Source: an uncultured delta proteobacterium (GTDB lineage: Bacteria; Desulfobacterota; Binatia; UBA9968). From it: a stretch of DNA of 64,000 bases. Both the position numbers and the translations under genes were made by a program. Shown one piece after another: positions 30,977 through 42,952 of this stretch. Each line of letters starts with the position of its first letter. The first letter of the stretch is position 1. The notes beneath the pieces were generated by a model. It searched no databases. It was not told the origin of the DNA and saw nothing but the letters and a program-made list of their open reading frames with translations. The stretch is from NCBI GenBank assembly GCA_963755715.1, contig CAVWLW010000073.1, positions 64,001-128,000 of the forward strand. Direction: 5' to 3'.

Positions 30977-33900
30977 TCATGCTTTCTCCACGTTGCACAC
31001 AAACGCTTTTCCCTCGTGCATCGAAACGTTCGGATCGGCTATGAGCGACGTCAGCTCGTTGACCACATCGCCTTTGGAAAGTCCTTCATAACCCCAGTGC
31101 CAGGGCATGCCGACCTGGTGAATGACTTTGCCGTCAATATTGAAGGGGCGCATCCGGCGTCGTGACAAGCGCCTTGGCGCGAATCTGCGTGCGCGGGCTG
31201 GATGATCTTGCACCAGTCGAGATTCTTGATGCCTTTCTCTTGGGCTAGCTCGGGACTGATCTCAACGAACAGCTCGGGCTGCAGCTCGGCGAGCCATGGC
31301 ACCCAGCGGCTCATTCCACCCGCCAGGTAGTGTTCAGTCAGCCGGTACGTGGTCAGGACATAGGGGAACTTCGGATCGCCCAACTTGGCCAACTCGTTGC
31401 CGGGGTCCTTCCAGTATTTGTAGACCGGGCTGGTCTGTTGTTTGTAAAGCAAATTGGTGCACCGGCGACTCAACCGCTTCGTAGTGCGTCGGTAGCGGGC
31501 CGTCCACGAGCCCTCCAGGTACGTAAAGCCAACCGAGCCCGTCTGGACGCATAATAAACGGCGCCGTGCCGGGCAATGCGTCCATGCCGGCGGCGCCGGG
31601 TTTCGCTTTGTCGTTAGGCGGTTTCGCTGCGATGTAGTCCGGTACATCGTAGCCGACCCATTTTTTTGCCTCCGCGTCCCACCATACCCACTTCTTTTTT
31701 TCGCTCCACGGTTTCCCTTCGGGATCGGCGGACGCGCGGTTGTACATCACGCGCCGATTCGCCGGCCATGCCCAACCCCATTGCAATTGAGCGCCGGGTT
31801 TGCCAGGCGGGTCGGGCGTGCGCCTATCGGCGAGGTTCTTGTCAGGCGCCGGATAAACTCCCGAATAGATCCACGACGCGCAGGTCGTCGAGCCGTCATC
31901 TTTGAGGTCGCCGAAACCGACGCAGTGGCGGTTCGGATCGTCCGTAAAGAAGCCGTTGATCTCTTTCAGGATTTTTCGCATCGAAGGCTCGCCCTTCTTA
32001 CGTTCGGCTTCGTCCTCGTGCTCGTAGTCCCAAACCAGATTCTTGAAACCCTCGTCACGCGGTAGAGTGGAATTGGCGTAAAGCTTCTTCAGCCGCTTGC
32101 CGAGATCGTAACTGAATTGGGTGTCAGATCGGCAATCACCCGGGGCATCGGCGGCTTTGTGGTGGAACTGCAGCATCCGCTGCGTGTTCGTGTAGGTGCC
32201 TTCGAGCTCGGCGACCTGGGTGGCCGGCAAGTAGAACACTTCCGTTTTGATGTCCGCCATCTTCACCTCGCCGTTCTTGATTTCCGGCGCGTTCTTCCAG
32301 TAATTTACGGTCTCGGTGATCCAATTGTCCTTCACGACCAGCCATTCGAGCTTTCTCAAGCGCCGATCGCTCGAGCCTGGCGTTGAGCGACATGGCGGGG
32401 TTTTGGCCGACAGCAGATCATCCCCCTTACCTTGCCGGCGTTCATTGCGGCGAACATCGCCAAGTGCGAGTGGTCGCCGAGAATCTTCGGATGCCAGTCA
32501 TAGCCGAACTGGTTATCCTTGGTCGCAGCGTCGCCGTATATGGACTTGAGATAGGAGACCATGAATTTCGGCAGGTTCGCCCAGTAACCCAGTGGTATTG
32601 TCTCGGTGGCGATGAAATCCTGCAGCGTGTCATGCTTCCTGAGCACCGACGGCGCGTTCATATACCCCTGGATGGAATGGTAGAGCGTCGGAATATCTGT
32701 CGATCCCTGAATCGAGGAGTGGCCGCGGAGCGCCATAACACCGGCGCCCGGGCGGCCGATGTTGCCGAGCAGAAGTTGCAGCAGCGCGCAGGCGCCGATG
32801 ATCTGAACGCCATAGGTGTGCTGCGTCCACGCGACCGCGTAGGCGAATGAAGTCGTCCGGTCCGCGCCTGAATTGGCCAGAATGGTCTCGGCGACCTTGA
32901 GAAAAGTTTCTTTGGGGCAGCCGGTGGCTCTTCTCGACCATTTCCGGCGTGTAGCGCGCGAAATGGCGCTTGACGGTCTGAAACACGCAGCGTGGATTTT
33001 GCAGCGTTTCATCCTTCAAGGGCGGCGGCCATACGAGAGACGCAACCAGCGGCGCGAATCCCTCTCCCGGCTTGAGTTCCACGGGCTTTGCACTGACCGC
33101 AGGCGGCTTCTCCCTCGCGTACTCCCAACTCGCGCGGTGGTATTGGTTGATAAACCCGTTGAACGGCCATTCCGCTACGCCCGTCTACAGGGAAATCCTG
33201 AACGCGCACGCCGCCCCCCTTCGCCGTTTCCAGGCCGGAAAAGACTCCATCCAAATCTTCCGTGTCCTTGAAGTCCTCCCTGAGGAGGGTCGCCGCGTTC
33301 GTGTAGTTCACGACAAATGTTTTGAAGAACGGGTCTTTGTTCCAGCGCTCACTGTTAATCACATAGTTGATGACGCCGCCCAGAAAGGCGATATCCGAAC
33401 CCGCGCGCACCGGCGCGTAGATATCCGCTACAGCGCTGGTGCGGGTGAACCGCGGGTCGATATGAATAATCTTGGCGCCGTGCTCGACTTTGGCCTTCAT
33501 CGGCCACCGGAAGGCGACGGGATGGTTCTCCGCCATGTTGGAGCCCATGACCACGATGCAGTCGGAGTCGTACATGCTTCGGGGATAAAGGGTTGCCGCG
33601 CCGCGGCCAAATCGTGTCCCCAGACCGGGGACGCTAGAGCTGTGTCATATCCGCGCCTGGTTCTCGATGGCGACAATCCCGAGCCCGCGCATGAGTTTCT
33701 GCTGAACGTGGTTGAACTCAATTTCGAGCGTGGCGCCGCCGAGGGAGAAGATCGCGGGCGTCATATTGACGAGCTTGCCGTTGGGAAGCTTCTCGATAAA
33801 AGTCTCGTCGCGCGTTTTCTTCACCAGCTCGGTGATCCGGTTCATCGCGCGTTCGAGGTCCCATACCTCCCAATCGGTAGCCCCGGGCGCGCGGTGCAAA

Positions 33901-34221
33901 ACCTGGGTCGGGCGGTTCGGGATTGACGTGGAGCTGAAAGATCGCCGCGCCCTTGGGGCAGAGCGTCCCTTCATTATGCGGGCTGCGCGGATCGCCTTCG
34001 ATGTTGACGATCTTGCCGTCGATGGTGTGGATGAGCGTGCCGCAGCCGACCGAGCAATAGGGACAGACGCTCGGTGTCACCTTGGCATTTTTGATTCGTA
34101 GCTCTTGGGCTCGGGCAACAACCGGTCCGAGATTGACCCCGGAGCCGGCAAGTCCCGCCAATGCGGTACCCCCGGCTGCGCCAACAGAAAATCGGAGAAA
34201 GTCACGTCTGGAAACTTCCAT
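30977..34221 (-). CDS. fdhA: Formate dehydrogenase alpha subunit, Tat-exported Mo/W-bisPGD selenoprotein (several frameshifts)
   Basis: SRRDFL Tat motif, CPYCSVGCG...LCPKG, ENQARI-TGA-HSSSVPGLG, ALRGHSSIQG, TTYRLTEH, PWHWG. Confidence 0.92.
33616..33647 (-). promoter_or_regulatory. Selenocysteine TGA codon and bacterial SECIS hairpin
   Basis: In-frame TGA at 33647-33645 at the catalytic Cys/Sec position. GTCCCC-GGTCT-GGGGAC hairpin begins 12 nt downstream. Confidence 0.88.
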
Positions 34222-34889
34222 GGACGCACCTCCAATATTTACTGAGGGGTAGATAGAGCTAGATGAAGCAATAGACCAGACTAAACGCGCCTGTCAAGTA
34301 GCGTTAGGTCGTTTGTGGTAGCAAAATGGGCCTGGACAGGAATATTTGGTCTTTTCAACCTGCAGTGATCGAACTAAACCTCTCTGATCCCTTAACGATT
34401 GGCGCCGCTCCGCCGCGCAGCGATTCACTTCCCCAAACGCGCTGCTGCGAAGCGCGCCACTGACTTTAGCGGCGGTCCGATCAGCGGCAATTCGACCAAC
34501 CGGTTGCGCAGCCGCATCATCGACGATCTGTGCACGTCGACAAGATCCTGTCGGGCGCCGTTTCGCTCGGCCTCCAGCAGCGGTTTTAGCTCGCAAAGTA
34601 TCGACCTCGCGAGAAAGCTGTGCGCTTAACTCTACGTGGACGACGAAATGGAGATTTACTACGAAATTAGAAATCAAGATCAGAATCAAATGGTGCGGGC
34701 GATGAGAGAACGTTGATCCTGGATATACGGGTTGATACGAAAAACTACTCTTTGTCGCTAGACGCTGAGTTCGCTCGCAAAGTTAATGTGCCGAGAGACA
34801 GATCAAGTCAGAACTCTGACCTCCGCAACGCTTCGAGAACCCTCCGAGCAGTTCCGAATCTAACATAGCCAAAGGGCGACTGGATCCAC

Positions 34890-34931
34890 GTGTCGTGGAC
34901 CCTCGACACATGTCGCGTGGCCCCCTCGACA
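34890..34931. repeat. Two adjacent TGTCG-Nn-CGACA palindromes (candidate transcription factor sites)
   Basis: GTGTCGtggaccctCGACAC then TGTCGcgtggccccctCGACA. Confidence 0.5.
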
Positions 34932-35109
34932 CTTTCTTCGGCGTCACGATTGAGTAATCTGAATTTTCCGGTATTCATTCACTTTTCACGATCTTAGTTC
35001 AAAGGCGACCTTGACAGGTCTTTTGCGGATGCAAGAGAAGGCAAGTTCGAAGTCTGCCGATGCAGCGGCGGAAGCCAAAACCAAGGCAACTGAAAAGGGG
35101 TAATTAACC

Positions 35110-35712
35110 ATGAGATTAATATATTTTCCGGCGTGGCTCTTAGTCACTGTTTCGCTCTCTGCCTGTGCATCCATCCAGAGCGCGGGCGACATTGCTCAAG
35201 GAAGACAAGCTCTGTTCGAGGGCAACAACCAAGCCGCCCTCGGGTATTTTCAGGCTGCGGCGCAAGTGGATCCCAATTACCTATACGGCACCGACTTGCA
35301 GGAGGGAACTTTGAGCTTTCTCGGCAGAGCTCAATACCTGAACGGCGACTATACGCGAGCGCGGTCGACGTTGGAAAAAGCGCTGGCTCAGCACAAGGAC
35401 GACAATGTCGCGCGGCTTTACCTCGGGCTTACCCTGGCTCGCCAAGGCGAGACGCAGAAGAGTTTGCAAGATATCGATGCGGGCATGAAAGGAATTTATG
35501 ACTTTCTCGACTCCATAACCGACAGCTTCAGGTTCTCGTTTGTAAAAGATTGGGATCCAGGACGAGACATACGCTCCGCGATTGAAAGAGATCGCGCGAT
35601 GATCGCGAGCGGGAAAATCGACTGGCCGGCACTTATTGCCGATGGAGAATGGATCGCGATGAATATTGAACGAGAACCGGACCTGCGTAAAAAGCCGACC
35701 GTGCACGATTAG
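35110..35712 (+). CDS. TPR-containing lipoprotein
   Basis: LSAC lipobox; TPR-like helices (LGRAQYLNGDYTRARSTLEKAL, ARLYLGLTL). Confidence 0.75.
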   Translation: MRLIYFPAWLLVTVSLSACASIQSAGDIAQGRQALFEGNNQAALGYFQAAAQVDPNYLYGTDLQEGTLSFLGRAQYLNGDYTRARSTLEKALAQHKDDNVARLYLGLTLARQGETQKSLQDIDAGMKGIYDFLDSITDSFRFSFVKDWDPGRDIRSAIERDRAMIASGKIDWPALIADGEWIAMNIEREPDLRKKPTVHD

Positions 35713-36085
35713 TGCGCCAGCAAGAACATCAACGACACAGGTTCCGCTAACCGATCTAAAAGAGTTAACCAGGATAAAGCTCAGCGGAGAGGTTCGCTGT
35801 GGAGAGGCGCGGCAGGTTTTTTGCGCGTGATTATCTGGTCGGCATCGCCCCAGATCAGGAAGCGCACGGCATTGGTCGGAGATTGAAAGGAGCTTTGCCG
35901 CCGTGGCAAGAACCAAGACAGAACTGCGCGAATAAATATCGCATGGCTTCACCCGGGTCGAGGACGTTGCCTACGTTGGCCTTGGTCTGGTGGTTGCCGT
36001 AAGTCTGCTCATTTTGATGACAGTTTCACCCGGCCCCAGATGCGATCATGGGTGAGACTCGATGACCAGGGCCACGGGAAACGTT

Positions 36086-36358
36086 CTATTCGCACGCAAG
36101 GAAACCAAGGAGATCGCTCGCTTCAGCACAACTCAATCCATACTGATGCATGAGCATTGCCGCCGCGTCTTGGCGGCGCCCTTCGAGCAGAGCCTGTCGC
36201 ACGGCAGAGGGAATCTCTCCGTCCGGGAGGAGCAATGGCACAACTGAGAAATGACCGGAGATCTTTCCAGGTTCGCTAAGTGGTTTCTGCTTGCGAGCGG
36301 GTCCTCGGGAGCCGTGGGTTGACCGTCGGATATCGCGCTTGCGATTTCTAGAGTTCAT
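36086..36358 (-). CDS. Hypothetical protein
   Basis: GGAGG RBS; plausible helical C-terminus. Confidence 0.45.
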   Translation of the reverse strand: MNSRNRKRDIRRSTHGSRGPARKQKPLSEPGKISGHFSVVPLLLPDGEIPSAVRQALLEGRRQDAAAMLMHQYGLSCAEASDLLGFLACE

Positions 36359-37159
36359 GCGATCGATTCCTCCGGATAGCTAAAACATTTTCTTGGATGA
36401 TTTCCGAGCGTCTACCCAGGACAATAACACCAGCGTTCTCGAACCAACTCATCGTGACCAATTCTCGTTGATCCCTTGATGACGCATGTCCAAAACAATG
36501 CACAAGGCCAAATCGCTGCCGTGCGCTCGGAACTAAGAGCGGCTGTGTGCGGCTGAAATTTCGCCCGCCGACACGTTCGTTCGCGTCGCGCTTAACCGCG
36601 TTTGCGAGCCAGCGCTCGCTGCGTCTCCCGGACGGCTGTGCGGACCCATAAAGTTGTTCCCGCCAGAAATACAATCGGCATGATCAGTGTAGCGAAGGTC
36701 ATAGAATTCACCACCTCTCCTTATATCGCAGATACAAGTGGCAACGATCGTGCCAGAGCACCTCCAGTTTTTTGTTATCTGCAAATGATGAGAATCGCAC
36801 GGGACACCAACGATCGCGTATTCACGTTAACCAAACCCTAGCTAAAGAGCATGTCGCTCCATCGGCACACGCCGAAATAGTGACGTCCGGAAAAAGCGAG
36901 GATGTTTCATCGTGGCGGAGAACTCGCGCTAGTGATTGGACACGTGGGCTTGTCAGGTACGCCGACTTGGCGCGTCACTACTCTTCGATACCGGGGGCAA
37001 CGGCTGGAAACGACCGGCCTCAAGCAAAAGCCTGATTCGACACCTGTCGAGTATAAGGCGCCATTTTTTCGTCACTAGTAACCGCGCACGCTCTTGCGAG
37101 ATCACCATAACTTCCCACACCCTGCTATCCATAAGCGTTTTCTCGACATTGATAGCGGG

Positions 37160-37174
37160 TGGCATATCGATTGC
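37160..37174 (+). promoter_or_regulatory. Sigma54 (-24/-12) promoter
   Basis: TGGCATATCGATTGC = GG-N10-GC, 40 bp upstream of ATG 37215. Confidence 0.75.
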
Positions 37175-37214
37175 GCTTAGGATCCTTCAACAATAACGAA
37201 AGGAGGTGAATCAA

Positions 37215-37517
37215 ATGAAAAACGCAAAATCACTTTTAGCCGCTCTGATTCTTCTCGGTAACATCATAGCGAGTGGTGCAGCTCTAGCCGCCGACGGTAC
37301 TATTTCTAAGACCGAAGAGGTGCCGGGCAGCTACTGTCATGAGAAGTTTCCCGCGATAGAAGGAAAGAGTTTGGCTGACGACGACCCGGCGCTCAAAAGC
37401 AAGAAGTCAGGAGATGTCATCGACTACTACGGACCGTGCACTGAGAGTCCGGTCGGGCAAGATCAGGCGCAAGAGCAAAAATTGGAACGAGAACATCGCA
37501 TGGAGAACAACTACTGA
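37215..37517 (+). CDS. Small secreted hypothetical protein (two Cys)
   Basis: AAGGAGGT RBS, signal peptide ending ALA-ADG, YCHEKFP...DYYGPC. Confidence 0.7.
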   Translation: MKNAKSLLAALILLGNIIASGAALAADGTISKTEEVPGSYCHEKFPAIEGKSLADDDPALKSKKSGDVIDYYGPCTESPVGQDQAQEQKLEREHRMENNY

Positions 37518-37966
37518 AACGACTATTGCCGTAATGGTTGGAGGGGGGAGTAACGACCCCCTTCAGACCATTGCCTCCAGCCGACAATTATCTTTCCCCG
37601 AAAAGATTGAAGAACGACGAAACCACTGCGGCGATCCAAATCGCACGAATTATTTGCGACGGGGTGTCTTGGCATCGAAGATCAATGTCCCGGATATCAC
37701 GTCAGAGAATCATGATCTGTCAGATTTGTCTCGTAGCAGATTTCAATCTTCGTACTCACGCCAATGAATGGGGCCCCCCCGAGGATGCTCCAGATAGTAG
37801 GTCTCACTGTTCTGTAGCACCGAGCATCCAGAAATCGCGACGAGAAGTAGGAAAATTAACAGCGCAGTGTACTTCATGATAGGTTGTCGTGGCGGTTTTT
37901 GAGCGCACCTGTCGTTCCGGTTGCACGGCGTTCGCTCCTTTCTGCTTCACCTTGACGGTTTTCTAG

Positions 37967-38191
37967 CTAGAAGGAGCTGACCTCTGATTCGACGCGAGTT
38001 TTGATTTCAATCTCGTTGACAAAGACGTACGTGCTAACACCACTGTCCCATGCGACGCTAATAAGCTGACGCCCAAGGTTATCGATGACGCCCTGAATGG
38101 TCCCCTCGGTGAATCTCCCGAGCCGCCCCCCGTGGGTTCTGATCTCCTTCGTGGTGTGACATCTCATGCCCTTTTGGATTCCGTTGATCAT
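37967..38191 (-). CDS. Small hypothetical protein (beta-rich)
   Basis: AAGGAGG RBS; preceded by a sigma54 promoter. Confidence 0.6.
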   Translation of the reverse strand: MINGIQKGMRCHTTKEIRTHGGRLGRFTEGTIQGVIDNLGRQLISVAWDSGVSTYVFVNEIEIKTRVESEVSSF

Positions 38192-38237
38192 TTGCGAATT
38201 CCTCCTTTTCGACGCCTCCAGATAATGACTTCAAAGG

Positions 38238-38252
38238 GCAATCCGTATGCCA
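38238..38252 (-). promoter_or_regulatory. Sigma54 (-24/-12) promoter
   Basis: Minus strand TGGCATACGGATTGC. Confidence 0.75.
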
Positions 38253-38313
38253 TCCAACGGCAAGATATTTCTGAGCGCCCGACGCGATTAATTATCGACC
38301 GGACGACGGCCCG

Positions 38314-38347
38314 AGTCGTCATATCGACGGACGTCAAAATGACGACT
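38314..38347. promoter_or_regulatory. Candidate enhancer (UAS) between divergent sigma54 promoters
   Basis: Perfect inverted repeat AGTCGTCAT-N16-ATGACGACT with internal CGTCA/CGACG half sites. Confidence 0.55.
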
Positions 38348-38448
38348 GAGTAACGTCAGTTTTCTTTTTGCGAAGTCATTATGAGGATCGCTGGCCGAGT
38401 CAATTCGTGAGCTTGCATGAGGATTGACCAGAGCCGGGCGGCGGCGCA

Positions 38449-38464
38449 TTGGAACAGGATTTGC
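38449..38464 (+). promoter_or_regulatory. Sigma54 (-24/-12) promoter of the mdtABC operon
   Basis: TTGGAACAGGATTTGC = GG-N10-GC, about 30 bp before ATG 38493. Confidence 0.65.
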
Positions 38465-38492
38465 CCTTACAAAGACGCTGAGTGAAAAGTTG

Positions 38493-39707
38493 ATGCAAGA
38501 AACTGAAAAGAACGACTTTCCAAAGCGGACGCGTTCCCTCACGTTGCTCAGACACTGGAAGATTGGTTTGCTGGCGGTCTGTCTAGCGGCAGTGATTGCC
38601 TACGTTTTCTGGAGCAATTCCGGCGGAGCCCAATCGCGCGCCGCATCCCAAGGGCCGGTTTCCGGCGCGCAAAGCGTCCCGGTTGCCACAGTAGCAGCAA
38701 AAACCGGTTCCATCCCCGTCTACCTCACCGGCCTCGGCTCTGTTACCCCGCTCAACACTGTGACAGTCAAGACTCAGGTCAACGGGCAGCTCATGAGCGT
38801 CCGGTATCAGGAAGGCCAAATCGTTCGTGCCGGCGACTTGCTGGCTGAAATCGACCCGCGCCCACTCCAGGCCCAGCTGACCGAGTTCGAGGGACAGCTG
38901 GCGCGTGACCAGGCTCTGCTGGACAACGCGCGCCTCGATCTCCAGCGTTTCACAGTGCTCGTCCAGCAGAATGCAATTCCAAGGCAACAATACGATACGC
39001 AAGTATCCCTTGTGCACCAGCTCGAAGGCACCGTCAAAAACGATCAGGGACTGATCGAGGGTGTTAAAGTGCAGCTTATCTACACCCGCATCACCGCGCC
39101 GGTCAGCGGGAGGGTCGGGCTGCGCCTGGTGGATCAAGGGAACTTCGTGCAAACGACTGACACCACCGGCCTGGTTGTGATCACGCAACTCCAGCCGATC
39201 ACGGTGATCTTTACTGTCGCCGAGGACAACATTCCGGCCGTGCTCGACAAGCTCAAGCATGGGGTTCGGCTGCCGGTCGAGGCGTATGACCGCGCGCTGC
39301 AACGCCGCCTTGCCACCGGATACTTATTGACGGTGGATAATCAAATCGACGCGACCACCGGCACCGTCAGGCTGAAAGCGCTCTTTCCCAACGACGACAA
39401 CGCTCTTTTCCCCAACCAGTTCGTAAACGCGAGACTCCTGGTGGAAACGCAACACGAGGCCACGTTGATTCCGACGCCGGCCATTCAGCGCAACGCCCAG
39501 GGCGCCTTTGTCTACTTGGTGAAGCCCGACCAAACCGTGGCGCTGCATACGATTTCGGTGGGCACAACCGATGGCGAAATGACGGCGGTAGAGGGATTAA
39601 AGGCCGGCGATGTCATTGCGGCCGACAATTTCGACAGGCTGCGCGACGGAGTCAAGATAGCCGCGCGAGATCGGTCGGCGAATGCGCACGGCGGGACCGG
39701 GGCGTGA
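38493..39707 (+). CDS. mdtA: RND efflux membrane fusion protein MdtA/MuxA
   Basis: [50 protein letters not shown]. Confidence 0.92.
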   Translation: MQETEKNDFPKRTRSLTLLRHWKIGLLAVCLAAVIAYVFWSNSGGAQSRAASQGPVSGAQSVPVATVAAKTGSIPVYLTGLGSVTPLNTVTVKTQVNGQLMSVRYQEGQIVRAGDLLAEIDPRPLQAQLTEFEGQLARDQALLDNARLDLQRFTVLVQQNAIPRQQYDTQVSLVHQLEGTVKNDQGLIEGVKVQLIYTRITAPVSGRVGLRLVDQGNFVQTTDTTGLVVITQLQPITVIFTVAEDNIPAVLDKLKHGVRLPVEAYDRALQRRLATGYLLTVDNQIDATTGTVRLKALFPNDDNALFPNQFVNARLLVETQHEATLIPTPAIQRNAQGAFVYLVKPDQTVALHTISVGTTDGEMTAVEGLKAGDVIAADNFDRLRDGVKIAARDRSANAHGGTGA

Positions 39708-42700
39708 GTCCTTCTCGTCCGTTCATTCTTCGGCCGGTCGCGACGTCGTTGTTAATGGCAGCCATTCTACTCGTCGGCATCGCCGGCTATCTGCAATTGC
39801 CTGTTTCGGCGCTGCCGGAGGTCGACTACCCCACGATCCAGGTGCTGACTTTTTTCCCCGGAGCGAGTCCGGATGTCATGGCCTCCGGTGTTACCGCGCC
39901 GCTCGAGAGGCAGTTCGGTCAGGTACCGGGCCTAAACCAGATGACCTCGACGAGCTCGGGCGGAAGCTCGGTCATCACGTTACAGTTCTCGCTTAACCTC
40001 GATATCGATGTGGCGGCGCAAGAGGTACAGGCGGCGATCAATGCAGCGCAGACCTTTCTGCCCAGCGATCTTCCCAGTCCGCCCATCTACAGCAAAACCA
40101 ACCCGGCGGATACGCCGGTTCTGACCTTGGCGTTGACATCGAATTCCATGCCGCTGTCGAAGGTACAGGACCTGGCAGATACACGCCTTGCTCAGAAGAT
40201 CTCACAGTTGCCCGGTGTCGGACTGGTGACCATCAGTGGTGGCCAGAAGCCCGCTGTTCGGGTTCAAGCCAATCCCACGGCGCTCTCATCCTACGGCGTC
40301 AACTTGGAGGATGTGCGCACGGCGCTGCAGCAGACAAGCATCAATCGCCCCAAGGGCAACTTTGACGGGCCGCACCAGTCGTACCAAGTCGGCGCCAATG
40401 ATCAGTTGTTGACGAGCAAGGAGTACCGGTCGGTTGTCGTCGCCTTTCGCAACGGGGCGCCGGTCATGCTGTCGGATGTGGCAACGGTGATGGATGGCGT
40501 CGAGAATGTAAACCAGGCCGCGTGGAGGAACAACGTCCCGGCGGTCATCGTCAATATCCAGCGCCAGCCCGGCGCCAATATCATTCAGGTTGTCGATCGC
40601 ATCAAAACGCTTTTGCCACAACTGAACAGTACGCTGCCCTCGTCCATTCAGGTCTCGGTTCTGACGGATCGCACCTTGACCATTCGCGCGTCGGTCGAGG
40701 ACGTCCAGTTCGAGCTCATGTTGACCGTGGCGCTCGTGGTGCTGGTGATTTTTCTCTTCTTACGGAATGTCGCGGCGACGATCATCCCGAGTGTTGTGGT
40801 ACCGCTGTCTCTCGTGGGCACGTTTGCCGTGATGTATCTGCTCGGCTACAGCCTCAACAACCTGACCCTCATGGCGTTGACGATCTCGACCGGTTTTGTT
40901 GTCGATGACGCGATCGTCATGATTGAGAACATCGTTCGTTACATCGAAGAGGGCGAGAAGCCGCTGGCGGCGGCGCTGAAGGGAGCGGAGCAAATCGGGT
41001 TTACCATTGTATCGCTGACGGTTTCGCTGATTGCCGTATTGATACCGTTGCTGTTCATGGGGGACATCGTCGGGCGCCTGTTCCGGGAATTTGCGATTAC
41101 CCTCAGCGTCACCATTCTTGTCTCCGCAGTGGTCTCACTGACCCTCACTCCCATGATGTGCTCTAAGTTGTTGCGGCACAAATCCTCGAGCCAGCAGGGA
41201 CGCCTTTACCGGGCATCGGAGCGCGCATTCGACAGTATCATCGAGTTTTATGGCAAGACTCTCCGATGGGTGCTGCGCCACCAGACCGCGACTCTGTTTA
41301 CGGCCGCTGCCACGCTCGCGCTGACCGCGTGGCTTTACATCATCGTCCCGAAAGGGTTTTTCCCGGTGCAGGATACCGGTGTGATCCAGGGCATTTCCGA
41401 AGCGCCCCAGACCACTTCCTTTCCTGCGATGGCCCAGAGACAGCAAGCCCTCGCTCAAGTCATTCTCAAGGATCCCGCGGTCGAGAGTCTTTCCTCGTTC
41501 ATCGGTGCGGATGGCATCAACACCACCCTTAATAGCGGGCGCATTCTCATCAATCTCAAGCCGCTGGCCGAGCGCAGAATAAGCGCGACTGAGGTGATGC
41601 GCCGGTTGCAGCCGGCGTTGGCGAACGTCGACGGACATCAGGTTGTACATGCAGCCGGTGCAGGATTTGACCATTGAGGATCGGATCAGCCGAACGCAGT
41701 ATCAGTATACGCTGGAAGATCCCGACGCGAATGAGTTGAGCCTATGGACCGCGCGGCTGGTCGACAAGCTCAAGGCGCTGCCTCAGCTCCGCGATGTCGC
41801 CACCGATCAGCAGACGGAGGGTTTGCAAGCGGCGCTTGTCATCGACCGCGTGACCGCTTCCCGGCTGGGGATCACGCCACAGATGATCGACGACGCCCTT
41901 TACGACGCCTTCGGTCAACGCCAGGTCTCAACCTTGTTCACACAGTTGAATCAATATCACGTGGTGCTGGAAGCCCTGCCGGAGCTCCAGCAGAATCCGG
42001 CCAAATTGGCAGAGATCTATGTCCGTTCCTCAGCCACAGCTCCGACATCACCACCGGCTACCGGTTCGGACGCGTCGGTCGCGATTGGACCTTCGACTTC
42101 AGCGGCGGCAACGGTAGGCTCATCCGCGCCTAGCACGACAACGAGTATTCCTACCACCTCCAACATCAATGGAGCGGCCGTGCCTCTCAGCACGTTTACT
42201 CATTTTGAGTCGGGCACCGCGCCCCTTGCCATCAACCATCAGGGGCAATTCCCTGTCGTCACCATTTCATTCAATCTCGCTCCCGGCGCCTCTTTGGGAG
42301 AGGCCACGAATGCAATTGAGCAGACGCGCAAGGAGCTTGGCATGCCGCTAAGCATCCAGGCGGCATTTCAAGGCACGGCAGAAGCGTTTCAAGCCTCGCT
42401 GGCCAATGAGCCAGTGCTCATTTTGGCAGCGCTGGTGACCGTCTACATCGTGCTCGGGGTTCTTTATGAGAGCTACATCCACCCGATCACGATTCTGTCC
42501 ACCCTGCCCTCGGCCGGGGTGGGCGCGATTCTAGCACTGCTGATCTGCCGCTCGGAACTGAGCGTCGTTGCGCTCATCGGCATTATCCTGCTGATCGGCA
42601 TCGTGAAAAAGAACGCGATCATGATGATCGATTTTGCGCTCGACGCCCAGCGCCATGGGGGCAAAAGCCCGGTGGACGCGATTTATCAGGCGTGTCTGCT

Positions 42701-42950
42701 GCGCTTTCGTCCCATCATGATGACCACCCTGGCCGCTCTCTTGGGTAGTCTGCCGCTGGCTCTCGGTTCCGGGATCGGTTCGGAATTGCGCCGGCCCCTC
42801 GGCATCACCATCGTGGGCGGACTGCTCCTGAGCCAACTCCTTACCCTATACACGACGCCGGTCATTTACATCTTCTTCGACCGGCTTGCCATGAAAACCT
42901 CAAAGTTCCGCGCCGGCCAAGAAGGCGCGGAGCCCGTTCCAGTGGAGTAG
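39704..42950 (+). CDS. mdtB: RND efflux transporter MdtB/MuxB (frameshift ~41640)
   Basis: [60 protein letters not shown]. Confidence 0.92.
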
Positions 42951-42952
42951 CC

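Noticed and set aside
33645-33647. Premature stop in fdhA
   Set aside because: It sits at the catalytic Sec position with a downstream SECIS.
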